In this document: one piece after another, positions 10,160 through 19,521 of the stretch
Layout of the letters: every line of letters starts with the position of its first letter
Numbering within the stretch: the stretch's first letter is position 1
The notes under the pieces: generated by a model
The model's database searches: none
What the model was told of the DNA's origin: nothing
What the model saw: the letters and a program-made list of their open reading frames with translations, nothing else
DNA from: Nitrosopumilus sp.
GTDB taxonomy: Archaea > Thermoproteota > Nitrososphaeria > Nitrososphaerales > Nitrosopumilaceae
Reading direction: 5' to 3'
DNA length: 64,000 nt
Assembly (NCBI GenBank): GCA_965197525.1
Contig: OZ240211.1
Coordinates: 2,146,165-2,210,164 of the forward strand
Program-made: the position numbers and the translations under genes

Positions 10160-13028
10160 ATGACTAAACGTAGCATCTCTTTTACTCTTGGCAGCCTGTT
10201 CATGCTGTCTGCGGCAATAATCTTTCTTAACTTGGGGTTGTTTGCATCAGGCACGGATTTGATAGAAGATGGCCAACATACCCACACCTTAAATTTTGTA
10301 AATATTGCACATGCCCAATCAGACGAACGTATGGAATCTGAAACCTATCCATCACCTGCAAAGCAGCTGAAAGACGGTGTCAACATACATGACATCCAAT
10401 GTAACGACTCGCGAGAACTTTACATTCGACAATCACAAATGCCTGTCTGTCTTTATGATGAGACATTTAATTCTATGCAAGGCAGAGGTATAGAACTTAC
10501 ACCTGCAACTCCATCATCACTGTCATCAATTGATATATTTACGCCCGAAGAGACACAATGGCTGGCAGACAATCCTGTCATACGCGTCTCCTTTGATCCC
10601 GGATGGACGCCAATAGAGTACGCTGACGAATCCGGCAACCTTCAGGGCATTACTTTGGACTACATTGCAGAGTTTGAGGAAATCTCAGGTGCAGACCTGG
10701 CACCAGTCCCTGCAGCAGATACGTGGGCTGATGCATTAATGGCAATCGAGGAGAGAAACGCAGACATCATGTACATGGTAGCCTCCACGCCTGAAAGGCT
10801 GGAATACATGAGCTTTACATCGCCACACTCGCCACACTACGGTCAAGACTTCTATGGTGTCCCTGAGTAACACCCCTCTGAATATTGACGATGAGGGACT
10901 TAGACTTGCCACAATTAACGGCTACGCAATAGAATCGTGGCTTGATGAGAATTATCCTGATACAGAGTACGTCTCAGTAAACAATTTTGCCGAGGCCTTT
11001 GATCTTCTTGCAGTAGGCGGTGCTGATGCGTTTGCCAGCACGTGGCAGGTAGCTGTCCACCATGCAAAGATGTCCGGGGTCGGCAATGTGTACAATGCAG
11101 GCACTACAGGACACCAGTACGATCTTACCGTGGGGTACAGAAACGACATGCCTGTTCTGGGATCCATAATGCAAAAGGTCTTGGATCAGATTCCACAGGA
11201 AAAGATTGACAGTTGGTATGATGTGTCCACATCCACCGACGACATATACACATCCGAAGAGGTGCAATGGCTGGCAGACAATCCTGTCATACGCGTCTCC
11301 TTTGATCCCGGATGGACGCCAATAGAGTACGCTGACGAATCCGGCAACCTTCAGGGCATTACTTTGGACTACATTGCAGAGTTTGAGGAAATCTCAGGTG
11401 CAGACCTGGCACCAGTCCCTGCAGCAGATACGTGGGCTGATGCATTAATGGCAATCGAGGAGAGAAACGCAGACATCATGTACATGGTAGCCTCCACGCC
11501 TGAAAGGCTGGAATACATGAGCTTTACATCGCCACACTATACGGTCAAGACTTCTATGGTGTCCCTGAGTAACACCCCTCTGAATATTGACGATGAGGGA
11601 CTTAGACTTGCCACAATTAACGGCTACGCAATAGAATCGTGGCTTGATGAGAATTATCCTGATACAGAGTACGTCTCAGTAAACAATTTTGCCGAGGCCT
11701 TTGATCTTCTTGCAGCAGGCGGTGCTGATGCGTTTGCCAGCACGTGGCAGGTAGCTGTCCACCATGCAAAGATGTCCGGGGTCGGCAATGTGTACAATGC
11801 AGGCACTACAGGACACCAGTACGATCTTACCGTGGGGTACAGAAACGACATGCCTGTTCTGGGATCCATAATGCAAAAGGTCTTGGATCAGATTCCACAG
11901 GAAAAGATTGACAGTTGGTATGATGTGTCCACATCCACCGACGACATATACACATCCGAAGAGGTGCAATGGCTGGCAGACAATCCTGTCATACGCGTCT
12001 CCTTTGATCCCGGATGGACGCCAATAGAGTACGCTGACGAATCCGGCAACCTTCAGGGCATTACTTTGGACTACATTGCAGAGTTTGAGGAAATCTCAGG
12101 TGCAGACCTGGCACCAGTCCCTGCAGCAGATACGTGGGCTGATGCATTAATGGCAATCGAGGAGAGAAACGCAGACATCATGTACATGGTAGCCTCCACG
12201 CCTGAAAGGCTGGAATACATGAGCTTTACATCGCCACACTATACGGTCAAAACCACCTTGGTGTCGCTAAATGACACCCCTTTGAGCATGGATGAGGAAC
12301 TTAGACTTGCCACAATTAACGGCTACGCAATAGAATCGTGGCTTGATGAGAATTATCCTGATACAGAGTACGTCTCAGTAAACAATTTTGCCGAGGCCTT
12401 TGATCTTCTTGCAGCAGGCGGTGCTGATGCGTTTGCCAGCACGTGGCAGGTAGCTGTCCACCATGCAAAGATGTCCGGGGTCGGCAATGTGTACAATGCA
12501 GGCACTACAGGACACCAGTACGATCTTACCGTGGGGTACAGAAACGACATGCCTGTTCTGGGATCCATAATGCAAAATACACTGGATCATATCCCTCAGG
12601 AAAGGATTGATTACTGGTATGATGCAGTAGCACAGACAACAGACGACACGGCCGAACTGGAATCAACTGTAATGGGGGTCGTTGACGATACCATCGCACT
12701 GTACAACTCCGATCCCTCAAGCGCCTTTGAGAAGATTACCTCTATGGAGTTGACCAATCCGCATTATCCATTTGTTCTTGATCCTCTTACCGCCACAGTT
12801 GTGGCACACGGCTCATTTCCTGAACGTGTAGGCGAAACTTCCATAGCCCTTACCGAGTCAACCACACCGCTTGAGGAGATTCTCTCTAGTCTGCAGAAAG
12901 ACGGCGATAGCATATGGGCAGAATACCTGTTTACAAATCCCTCGACTGGAACAGAACAGCTAAAGCGGTCGCTGTATGTGTTGCATGACGGTTACATAAT
13001 CGGATCCGGATACTATACATCGTCTTAA
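10160..13028 (+). pseudogene. Exported protein with three tandem solute-binding (PBP type 2, BvgS/EvgS-like) domains and a C-terminal single Cache domain, frameshifted near 10830
   Basis: N-terminal hydrophobic segment; WLADNPVIRVSFDPGWTPIEY three times; YPFVLD..VAHG..WAEY..NP..HDGYIIGSGYY Cache pattern; CGCCACACT duplicated at 10821-10838, net +7 nt. Confidence 0.8.
10556..12575. repeat. Three near-identical tandem units of about 702 bp (starts 10556, 11265, 11967)
   Basis: Offsets of 709 and 702 bp read from the sequence. Confidence 0.95.
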
Positions 13029-13130
13029 TCTCTGATACAAACATCTTATCAAACAGTGCTGTATTCACTCAGTTGGAAAATGTCTGGATCAATTCGATAT
13101 AGAGCACAACTTGTATCCGCGTTGAGGCAG

Positions 13131-13161
13131 TAATAATAATAATAATAGTAATAGTAATAGT
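13131..13161. repeat. (TAA)n/(TAATAG)n microsatellite
   Basis: Read directly from the sequence. Confidence 0.7.
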
Positions 13162-13181
13162 GGCAGCAGTAACAACATAAT

Positions 13182-13403
13182 GTGATTACACTTGGCAAAT
13201 TTTTTCTAGAGCGTACAATACCTGACGTTAAAAATGAGTCGGTCTTTGAACTGTTCTCAAATCTTGAAAACTATCAGAAACTATTTCCACAGCATTTTCC
13301 CTCCATCCGCATACGTTCCATCCGCATACGTTCCATCCGCGGCAACACTCCCATATTCGAATCTTTTATATGCCTACTAGAAGGTTTTTTTGATAATGGT
13401 TAA
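13182..13403 (+). pseudogene. Truncated SRPBCC/START-like gene, paralog of 61997-62428
   Basis: FFLER..ESVFELFSNLENYQKLFPQHFPSIRIRS aligns with FSLER..ESVFDTFSNVENYQTLFPRHFPSIRVRS; in-frame 15-bp duplication at 13302-13331. Confidence 0.7.
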
Positions 13404-14106
13404 TCCAAGAGCATATCTTGCTGAGGCAATTTCAACTTATGGTCTTGTATTCTTTGGGCCTCTTTCAGTAATTCTGGCAATTGCCTCCTTTGGTGAAGGC
13501 CTGACTACTCAATCAGTGTTGTTTATCTCTCTTGCGCACGGTGGTGCCATCGCTTTGATGATTTATGCATTTGGTCACATATCTGGTGCTCACATTAATC
13601 CTGCAGTCACCATACCTATGATGATCTTAAGGAAGATTAGTATTGCAGATGGAATTGGCTATATAATTTCACAACTAGTTGGTGCAATAGCAGCAGCTGC
13701 AACACTTTGGGTAATACTGCCTGATCTTGGTGCCAAAGTCAACTTTGGAACTCAGGGAGGTCCATCTGAACTACTAAACAATAGTGTGGCATCAGGTTTT
13801 GCAGTCGAGGCAATTCTGACATTCTTCTTGGTACTGGTAATCTTTATGACTGCAGTTCATAAAAAAGCATCACCTGGATGGCATGGATTTACAATAGGCG
13901 GTATGGTATTTCTCATTCACCTGATTGCAGTGCCTCTAACTGGTGCATCAGTAAATCCTGCAAGAACATTTGGTCCTGCATTAATATCCGGATTCTGGGA
14001 GTTCCATTGGTTGTATTGGGCAGCACCTATCTTGGGTGGTATTATTGCAGGAGTATTGATGAATTATATCTATGTTAAACCTGCAGAGAAAGAGTCCTCC
14101 TCTTAA
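13396..14106 (+). CDS. Aquaporin (MIP family)
   Basis: Two NPA motifs (HINPAVT, SVNPART) and six hydrophobic helices. Confidence 0.96.
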   Translation: MVNPRAYLAEAISTYGLVFFGPLSVILAIASFGEGLTTQSVLFISLAHGGAIALMIYAFGHISGAHINPAVTIPMMILRKISIADGIGYIISQLVGAIAAAATLWVILPDLGAKVNFGTQGGPSELLNNSVASGFAVEAILTFFLVLVIFMTAVHKKASPGWHGFTIGGMVFLIHLIAVPLTGASVNPARTFGPALISGFWEFHWLYWAAPILGGIIAGVLMNYIYVKPAEKESSS

Positions 14107-14144
14107 TACCAACACTTTTAAAAATTTAAAATTATTTTCTTCAT

Positions 14145-14573
14145 GTGGACGACTATCTTGAACTGTTCGATATTGAATCTAAAAAACTAGACGATCAAAT
14201 TAGTCATATTGCCACCATCTCTGAACCATCTACCCAAAAGATAGTAGAGCTCTACTACCAAGTTATCAATATTACATCCATGATTACTGTATTAAAACAA
14301 CAGATCACTCCAGATGATAACAAGACGCAATTTGATAAAATTACTCAAGTTGAAAATATGATATCCACAAAATTTAATCATGACATTCATCCCCAACTAG
14401 TAACAAAACTGACAAACTCTATTGAAGATACAACAAAGCGTCTACAACACTTATCTTCTGATAAACAATCTCTTGATGATATTCAACGAGATGCCAAACT
14501 CTATGAAGATTTAAGAGAAAAGATGAGTACTAGAGAATTCGTTGTACAGCAGTATCAAAGGTCAATCTCATGA
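14145..14573 (+). CDS. Hypothetical helical protein
   Basis: 142-aa ORF overlapping the start of the next gene (ATGA). Confidence 0.65.
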   Translation: MDDYLELFDIESKKLDDQISHIATISEPSTQKIVELYYQVINITSMITVLKQQITPDDNKTQFDKITQVENMISTKFNHDIHPQLVTKLTNSIEDTTKRLQHLSSDKQSLDDIQRDAKLYEDLREKMSTREFVVQQYQRSIS

Positions 14574-15400
14574 TGGCAGTAACAACAATCGCTTCCAATC
14601 TTGTAAATCTAAAGAAGGAATTTGTATCTGTTTATCGCGGCTCAAGCCAGACTCAAGAGGTTATTCCAGTCTCAAAATCCGAATCATTCCCAATAGAATC
14701 ACGTGATTTGGAATTGCTGCATCAATTTGCAACAAAGAATTCTATCTATTACAATTCGTATGAGCAGACCATTAACGGTACTCCTTGTATTGTTTATGAG
14801 GGTGATATCAACCGATACTGGCTAAACAGCATTCAGCATGATTCAAGTCATGCGCCATTCTCTCCCACTTGGATTCTCTCTGCCTATCTTTGTACCACAC
14901 TTGCTCGAGAACTTGGTTATACAGAGTTAGTTGATGTTGGTTCCGGTGATGGCCGTACTGCGTTTTGTGCCAGTATACTTGGTATGACATCTCATAGTAT
15001 TGAGATTGATGACACTCTAGTTAACCTTCAAAGACACTTGTGTAGTATTGTTGATTTTAATCCGCACTGTTCTGATTCTGGTTGTTTTGATTATTTGCAG
15101 CTGAATCTATTACGCCCTGTATTTTTTATCGGCGGCCTTGCCCAAATGGGCGGTACATCTCTAGCATCTACTGTGTTGAAGCAGGTTAATTCTGTACCTG
15201 ATCTGAAAAAAAATTCAGGATGGGTATTTGCAGGTACTACATCCCAAAAATACGCAACAGACCCAAAAGGTGAATTCGGATGGGGTACGCTGATTGTAGA
15301 GAATGATTTGAAATCCATTCAGACTGTTGTGTTGCCCACTGCATGGACGTTTGGCGAACCGGACGATACGTCATATGTCTTTGCGCAGTCATACTACTGA
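14570..15400 (+). CDS. Putative class I SAM-dependent methyltransferase-like protein
   Basis: LVDVGSGDGR motif I followed by SHSIEID. Confidence 0.65.
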   Translation: MMAVTTIASNLVNLKKEFVSVYRGSSQTQEVIPVSKSESFPIESRDLELLHQFATKNSIYYNSYEQTINGTPCIVYEGDINRYWLNSIQHDSSHAPFSPTWILSAYLCTTLARELGYTELVDVGSGDGRTAFCASILGMTSHSIEIDDTLVNLQRHLCSIVDFNPHCSDSGCFDYLQLNLLRPVFFIGGLAQMGGTSLASTVLKQVNSVPDLKKNSGWVFAGTTSQKYATDPKGEFGWGTLIVENDLKSIQTVVLPTAWTFGEPDDTSYVFAQSYY

Positions 15401-15440
15401 TATAGTAACCAAAATAAAGCCAAGACAGATTAAATTTTTT

Positions 15441-15515
15441 GGACTCGTTGCATAGCTTGGATAGTGCGATTGCTTGCGGAGCAATAGGTCGCCGGTTCGA
15501 ATCCGGTCGGGTCCG
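15441..15515 (+). tRNA. tRNA-Arg(GCG)
   Basis: Acceptor GGACTCG/CGGGTCC-G, anticodon arm ATTGC-TTGCGGA-GCAAT, T-arm GCCGG-TTCGAAT-CCGGT. Confidence 0.95.
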
Positions 15516-15859
15516 CTTTTTCTTTTTCTTTGTAACTGTGATCCTATAGTATTCCAAGAATCTATGTATTGCGTATAACTATCCTGCCATGATGTTATTT
15601 GCGTGGTTTACTTTTGTTTCAAACTATCTGCAGTCGAATTTTAACTTGAACGGGATGTTTGATTCCGGGTAAAAGTCTTGGTCATCCTTTCTTATGTACT
15701 AGTACCTACGTTTTACATCTGGCCAATTCAAAGGCGAGTACTCGTCCATCCCTCATGTATCGTATTACGCTAGTGGTTTTCTTTGTTCAAAATATTTGAG
15801 CACTGTTTTTGTAGGACTTTGATATTTAGTCTGTCCAATACGTCAATAAGTGCATGGGC

Positions 15860-16246
15860 TTACGGATCCAGTCTCTTTTTGACTCTGCTAACGATTCTTT
15901 CTGCCCACTTTACAGAGTCTTGGGCATCCTTTGGTTCCATGAGATCTGGCTGGTACTCTGCTGCATTCTTTTTGTCTATTAATGAGGTAAACTGTCTCTT
16001 GATCTCACGGTACTCCTGCGGGGAAAATATCCCCTTGACAAGTGACAGCGCCTGGGTGTGGTCATCTGAGGCGCGCCTTCCCTTGTACGATGTGGTCAGC
16101 GCATCCAGTGCACTGATGGCACTGTGCACGGCACCAGTCACTGCGCTGTTGTACTTTGCATTCTGTGCTGCAAGCTTGGCCACCTCCAAAAACTCCTCTG
16201 ATTTTGTGAGATAGTTTGTCGCCTCACTGGGATCAACGTCTCTCAT
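15860..16246 (-). CDS. HEPN-domain toxin (MNT-HEPN pair)
   Basis: AEEFL..AK..YNSAV..AVHSAISALDAL..DH pattern; ATGA-coupled to the upstream MNT gene. Confidence 0.85.
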   Translation of the reverse strand: MRDVDPSEATNYLTKSEEFLEVAKLAAQNAKYNSAVTGAVHSAISALDALTTSYKGRRASDDHTQALSLVKGIFSPQEYREIKRQFTSLIDKKNAAEYQPDLMEPKDAQDSVKWAERIVSRVKKRLDP

Positions 16247-16848
16247 TTCAATAGATCCTCCAGATTCCTCCCATGTACCATAGTATGGTTGCCCAGTATG
16301 GAACGTACAAGACCGCTTCTCTTTTTTAACCTTAATTCGGACTCTGAGAAGACAATTGGGGAGATCCTGCCGTGGAATTTCGCAAATATCTCCTCACCGG
16401 CATCTGATGCTGCGGCGATGGCGCCGTCAAAATCATCTGATATGACAAGGACGTCAATGTCGCTACCTTCCTTCTCCTGACCTTTTGGAACACTTCCAAA
16501 GATTGCAGCCGAGGTGTTTTTTCCCGCACCCAAGTATCTTTTGAGAACCAAGATCATCTGGTCAAGTGTCCGCTCTTCGGCCTCAAACATCGGCACTATG
16601 ATCCTTTTGAGGATATGGCTTTTTTCATTCAGTGAGACTTGATGGGATCTGCCTATTGGCTGAATATGCACAACTCCAAGCTTCTCCAACTCCTTGACGG
16701 TCTTGGACACTCTGGGATGTGAGACGTGTGCATCGTGTGCCAGTCTCCTTATGGTAAATATCTTGCCCCTGTGTCTTACTAGGGTGCGAAGCACGCTGAT
16801 TGAGGCCTTGCTGCCGAGTAATTGTTCCAGATATCTGTGCAGTTTCAT
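16243..16848 (-). CDS. wHTH plus minimal nucleotidyltransferase (MNT) antitoxin; alternative start at 16890
   Basis: FGSVPKGQEKEGSDIDVLVI (GS-x10-DxD); N-terminal HTH. Confidence 0.88.
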   Translation of the reverse strand: MKLHRYLEQLLGSKASISVLRTLVRHRGKIFTIRRLAHDAHVSHPRVSKTVKELEKLGVVHIQPIGRSHQVSLNEKSHILKRIIVPMFEAEERTLDQMILVLKRYLGAGKNTSAAIFGSVPKGQEKEGSDIDVLVISDDFDGAIAAASDAGEEIFAKFHGRISPIVFSESELRLKKRSGLVRSILGNHTMVHGRNLEDLLK

Positions 16849-17033
16849 GTATGGTAAATAATATTTCCATATGGTATTAATGTTTTCCATATTGATGTTT
16901 TAAACTATCTCAAAAACAAGACAATCAACTAAGATATGGAAGTGTCTTATTATAGGCATGTTCCAGATAATGAACAATCTGTGATATTATTATGGTTTTA
17001 CTGATATTTGTTGGAGTGGATCCTCTTTTGCAG

Positions 17034-17287
17034 CCCATAAAATGAGAACGTTTTTTGCATGATCATCCATACAGTCTCCCTCATTTATTCTTCATCTCCC
17101 ACTGCGATGCAAATTCTACAGGCGTCATGTATCCTATGGCAGAGTGAATTCTTTCTTGGTTGCAGTCTGCAAAAGCGTCTACCAGGATCTTTTCGGCCTC
17201 CTGATAACTAGCAAATTCATGCGCAGCCACAAGTATTCTTTTTTGAGAGTCTTGTGGAACGATTCCACATGACCGTTCTGTTCCACT
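17034..17287 (-). mobile_element. Partial duplicate of the 3' end of the IS3-family element
   Basis: Near-identical to 17731-17975. Confidence 0.85.
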
Positions 17288-17776
17288 ATACATGCAGCAG
17301 GGACATCGTACTATGCAAGATATTTCTGCGTCTCATACCGGTCCGACCCTTCTGCCATACCGCGCGTAGTTAGTTGGGATTAACTTGCAGTGAAGAAAAA
17401 ATTTACATACGTTCTTAAGCGTTGTTCCTGTGAGTGTTTGTTGTGTGCGTCCCTTCATTTGTGGATATCTGAAGGGATTTCACACTGTATGTTATTAAGA
17501 GACGGTATCAATTACGTTTGAATTACAGCTAAACTGATCGTAAGGCACGCACATGCAGGATTGATCAGATCGTGTTGATTACCCATTCACGCATCTGTTG
17601 TAGGAACTTTTTCTAGAAAGTGTCCGGATCTTTAATCAGAATAGTATGCATGTGGTATTATAGGCATGTTCCAGATAATGAACAATCTGTGATATTATTA
17701 TGGTTTTACTGATATTTGTTGGAGTGGACCCCATAAAATGAGAACGTTTTTTGCATGATCATCCATACAGTCTCCC

Positions 17777-18619
17777 TCATTTATTCTTCATCTCCCACTG
17801 CGATGCAAATTCTACAGGCGTCATGTATCCTATGGCAGAGTGAATTCTTTCTTGGTTGCAGTCTGCAAAAGCGTCTACCAGGATCTTTTCGGCCTCCTGA
17901 TAACTAGCAAATTCATGCGGCCACAAGTATTCTTTTTTGAGAGTCTTGTGGAACGATTCCACATGACCGTTCTGTTCGGGTGTGTGCTTCCAGATGAACT
18001 CGTGTTTTATGCCAAATACCGATACTTCTTTTCTAAAATCATTACTGGTGTACTGCGTGCCGTTGTCGGTTCTAAGTCTAAGTCTGGAGCAGTCAGGATT
18101 CTCTACATACACGGCATTTGTTATGGAGTCAATTGCCACTTGTTTTGTGGCATCTACGTCAAACGCATACGATATCCATCTACGCGTAAAGCAGTCCACC
18201 ACGTTAAAGCAATAGCACCATCCGTCCATCCCACACCAGACGTACGTCATGTCCGTCTCCCATAGCCGGTTCGGTGCATCCGGTTCGAAGAGCTTGCGAT
18301 TGGTGTGAATGATGTCGTTTTTTGTCTTTTGAGGCTCAATCCCGCCCAGTTTTCGGAATATTCTTTGTATCTTCTTGCGATTTGTGGCAGTGTGTGTCTC
18401 GCAGCACACTTGGGCTGCCATGCGGCGTGTGCCATAGGTGGGTCTTCTGCTGCCTATCCTCTGCACTGCCTGTACGGCTGCCGGATCCAATCTCATCTCC
18501 CTTGCCTTGGGTTTGTGATACCACATACGTCTTGACACTCCGGCATAGCGTAGTGATTTACGCAGGCTCATCTTTTCATACAGTTCTCTGACGGCACTCA
18601 ATCTCTGGCTTCCTCCCAA
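17777..18619 (-). CDS. IS3 OrfB (DDE integrase core)
   Basis: WETDMTY, RTDNGTQY, QNGHVESFHKTLKKE motifs. Confidence 0.92.
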   Translation of the reverse strand: MGGSQRLSAVRELYEKMSLRKSLRYAGVSRRMWYHKPKAREMRLDPAAVQAVQRIGSRRPTYGTRRMAAQVCCETHTATNRKKIQRIFRKLGGIEPQKTKNDIIHTNRKLFEPDAPNRLWETDMTYVWCGMDGWCYCFNVVDCFTRRWISYAFDVDATKQVAIDSITNAVYVENPDCSRLRLRTDNGTQYTSNDFRKEVSVFGIKHEFIWKHTPEQNGHVESFHKTLKKEYLWPHEFASYQEAEKILVDAFADCNQERIHSAIGYMTPVEFASQWEMKNK

Positions 18620-18888
18620 GTTTTTTTTAAAACGTCGTTGGCAATGGTCAGCTCGCCTATCAGTCTCTTGTAATCATCCTCTCTCTTTTTCATTGTCTTG
18701 ATTGGATCTTTCTTTCCTGACTGGCTCAGACCTGCCTTGCCGGACTCCATGAATCTCTGTTTCCAGTTATGAAACGTCTGTGGGCTAACATTGTGCTTGC
18801 GGCATAGTTCTGCCGTACTTGTACTGGTTTTGATTGATTCCAGTACAATCTGGATCTTTTGCTCTGGTGTAAATTTGCTTTTTACCAT
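18598..18888 (-). CDS. IS3 OrfA (HTH)
   Basis: KFTPEQKIQIVLES..ELCRKHNVSPQTFHNWK. Confidence 0.92.
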   Translation of the reverse strand: MVKSKFTPEQKIQIVLESIKTSTSTAELCRKHNVSPQTFHNWKQRFMESGKAGLSQSGKKDPIKTMKKREDDYKRLIGELTIANDVLKKTWEEARD

Positions 18889-19161
18889 GATATTTGTCCT
18901 CCGATGCTGTACCTAATGTATATGGATGCAAGTGTTCTCCTTCTAGAGGGGTCCCCACCAAAACGTATCACAGTTCAGGCATTTTACACGTATTGTACGC
19001 AACTGTTTTGACCTGTATATCTTTACGGTGTCCTAGTCCATGCGCACGGGTTTTTCCTCTGTCCAGCATGAGTGACACAGCAGATCCCATGTTTGAAAAC
19101 ATTATCATTTTCTCATACAACTGACTAAAGATTGAGTGGTTCTAGAGGGATTCGGGTAGTA

Positions 19162-19521
19162 TCAGCTGGTTATTTTGGACCGGTAATAGGGTAGATAAGG
19201 ATGACCTTTTCTTGTTATTTTAAAAATGACTTCTCCCTGATTATCTGGCAATGTTGCACTTGGAAATTTTCCATCCAGCATTACATTTCTTGTATTTCTC
19301 AAAAATTCATAACCCTTTTCCATATGTACTTTGTATTCTTCACCATGTTTCTCACGAAAACGTGTAAAAATTGAATCGCTTAGTAATGTTGCAATAACTG
19401 TTTTTCCGCTATTTGGAGGACCTAAGAATGCCGTAATATTTTGATCGTCTAGATCCTCTTTCATTTTTGTCAAAAGAGGGTTTTCTTGATTCACATTTCC
19501 TATATCGCTTTCATCACTCAT
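19162..19521 (-). pseudogene. Truncated P-loop NTPase/GTPase N-terminus
   Basis: FLGPPNSGKT Walker A and PSAT; the ORF ends abruptly with no Walker B/G3 motif. Confidence 0.6.

Larger units (their letters stand above)
15500..16910. repeat. 1.4-kb near-identical duplication, copy 1 (copy 2 at 33757-35165)
   Basis: Colinear sequence containing the tRNA tail and the HEPN and MNT genes. Confidence 0.95.
17726..18954 (-). mobile_element. IS3-family insertion sequence
   Basis: orfA/orfB overlap with an A8 slippery run (plus-strand T8 at 18621-18628); imperfect IRs GGACCCC..GAGAAC at 17726-17745 and 18934-18954. Confidence 0.85.

Noticed and set aside
17290-17520. Possible IS1-like Zn-ribbon remnant
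   Set aside because: Too degenerate to support by eye
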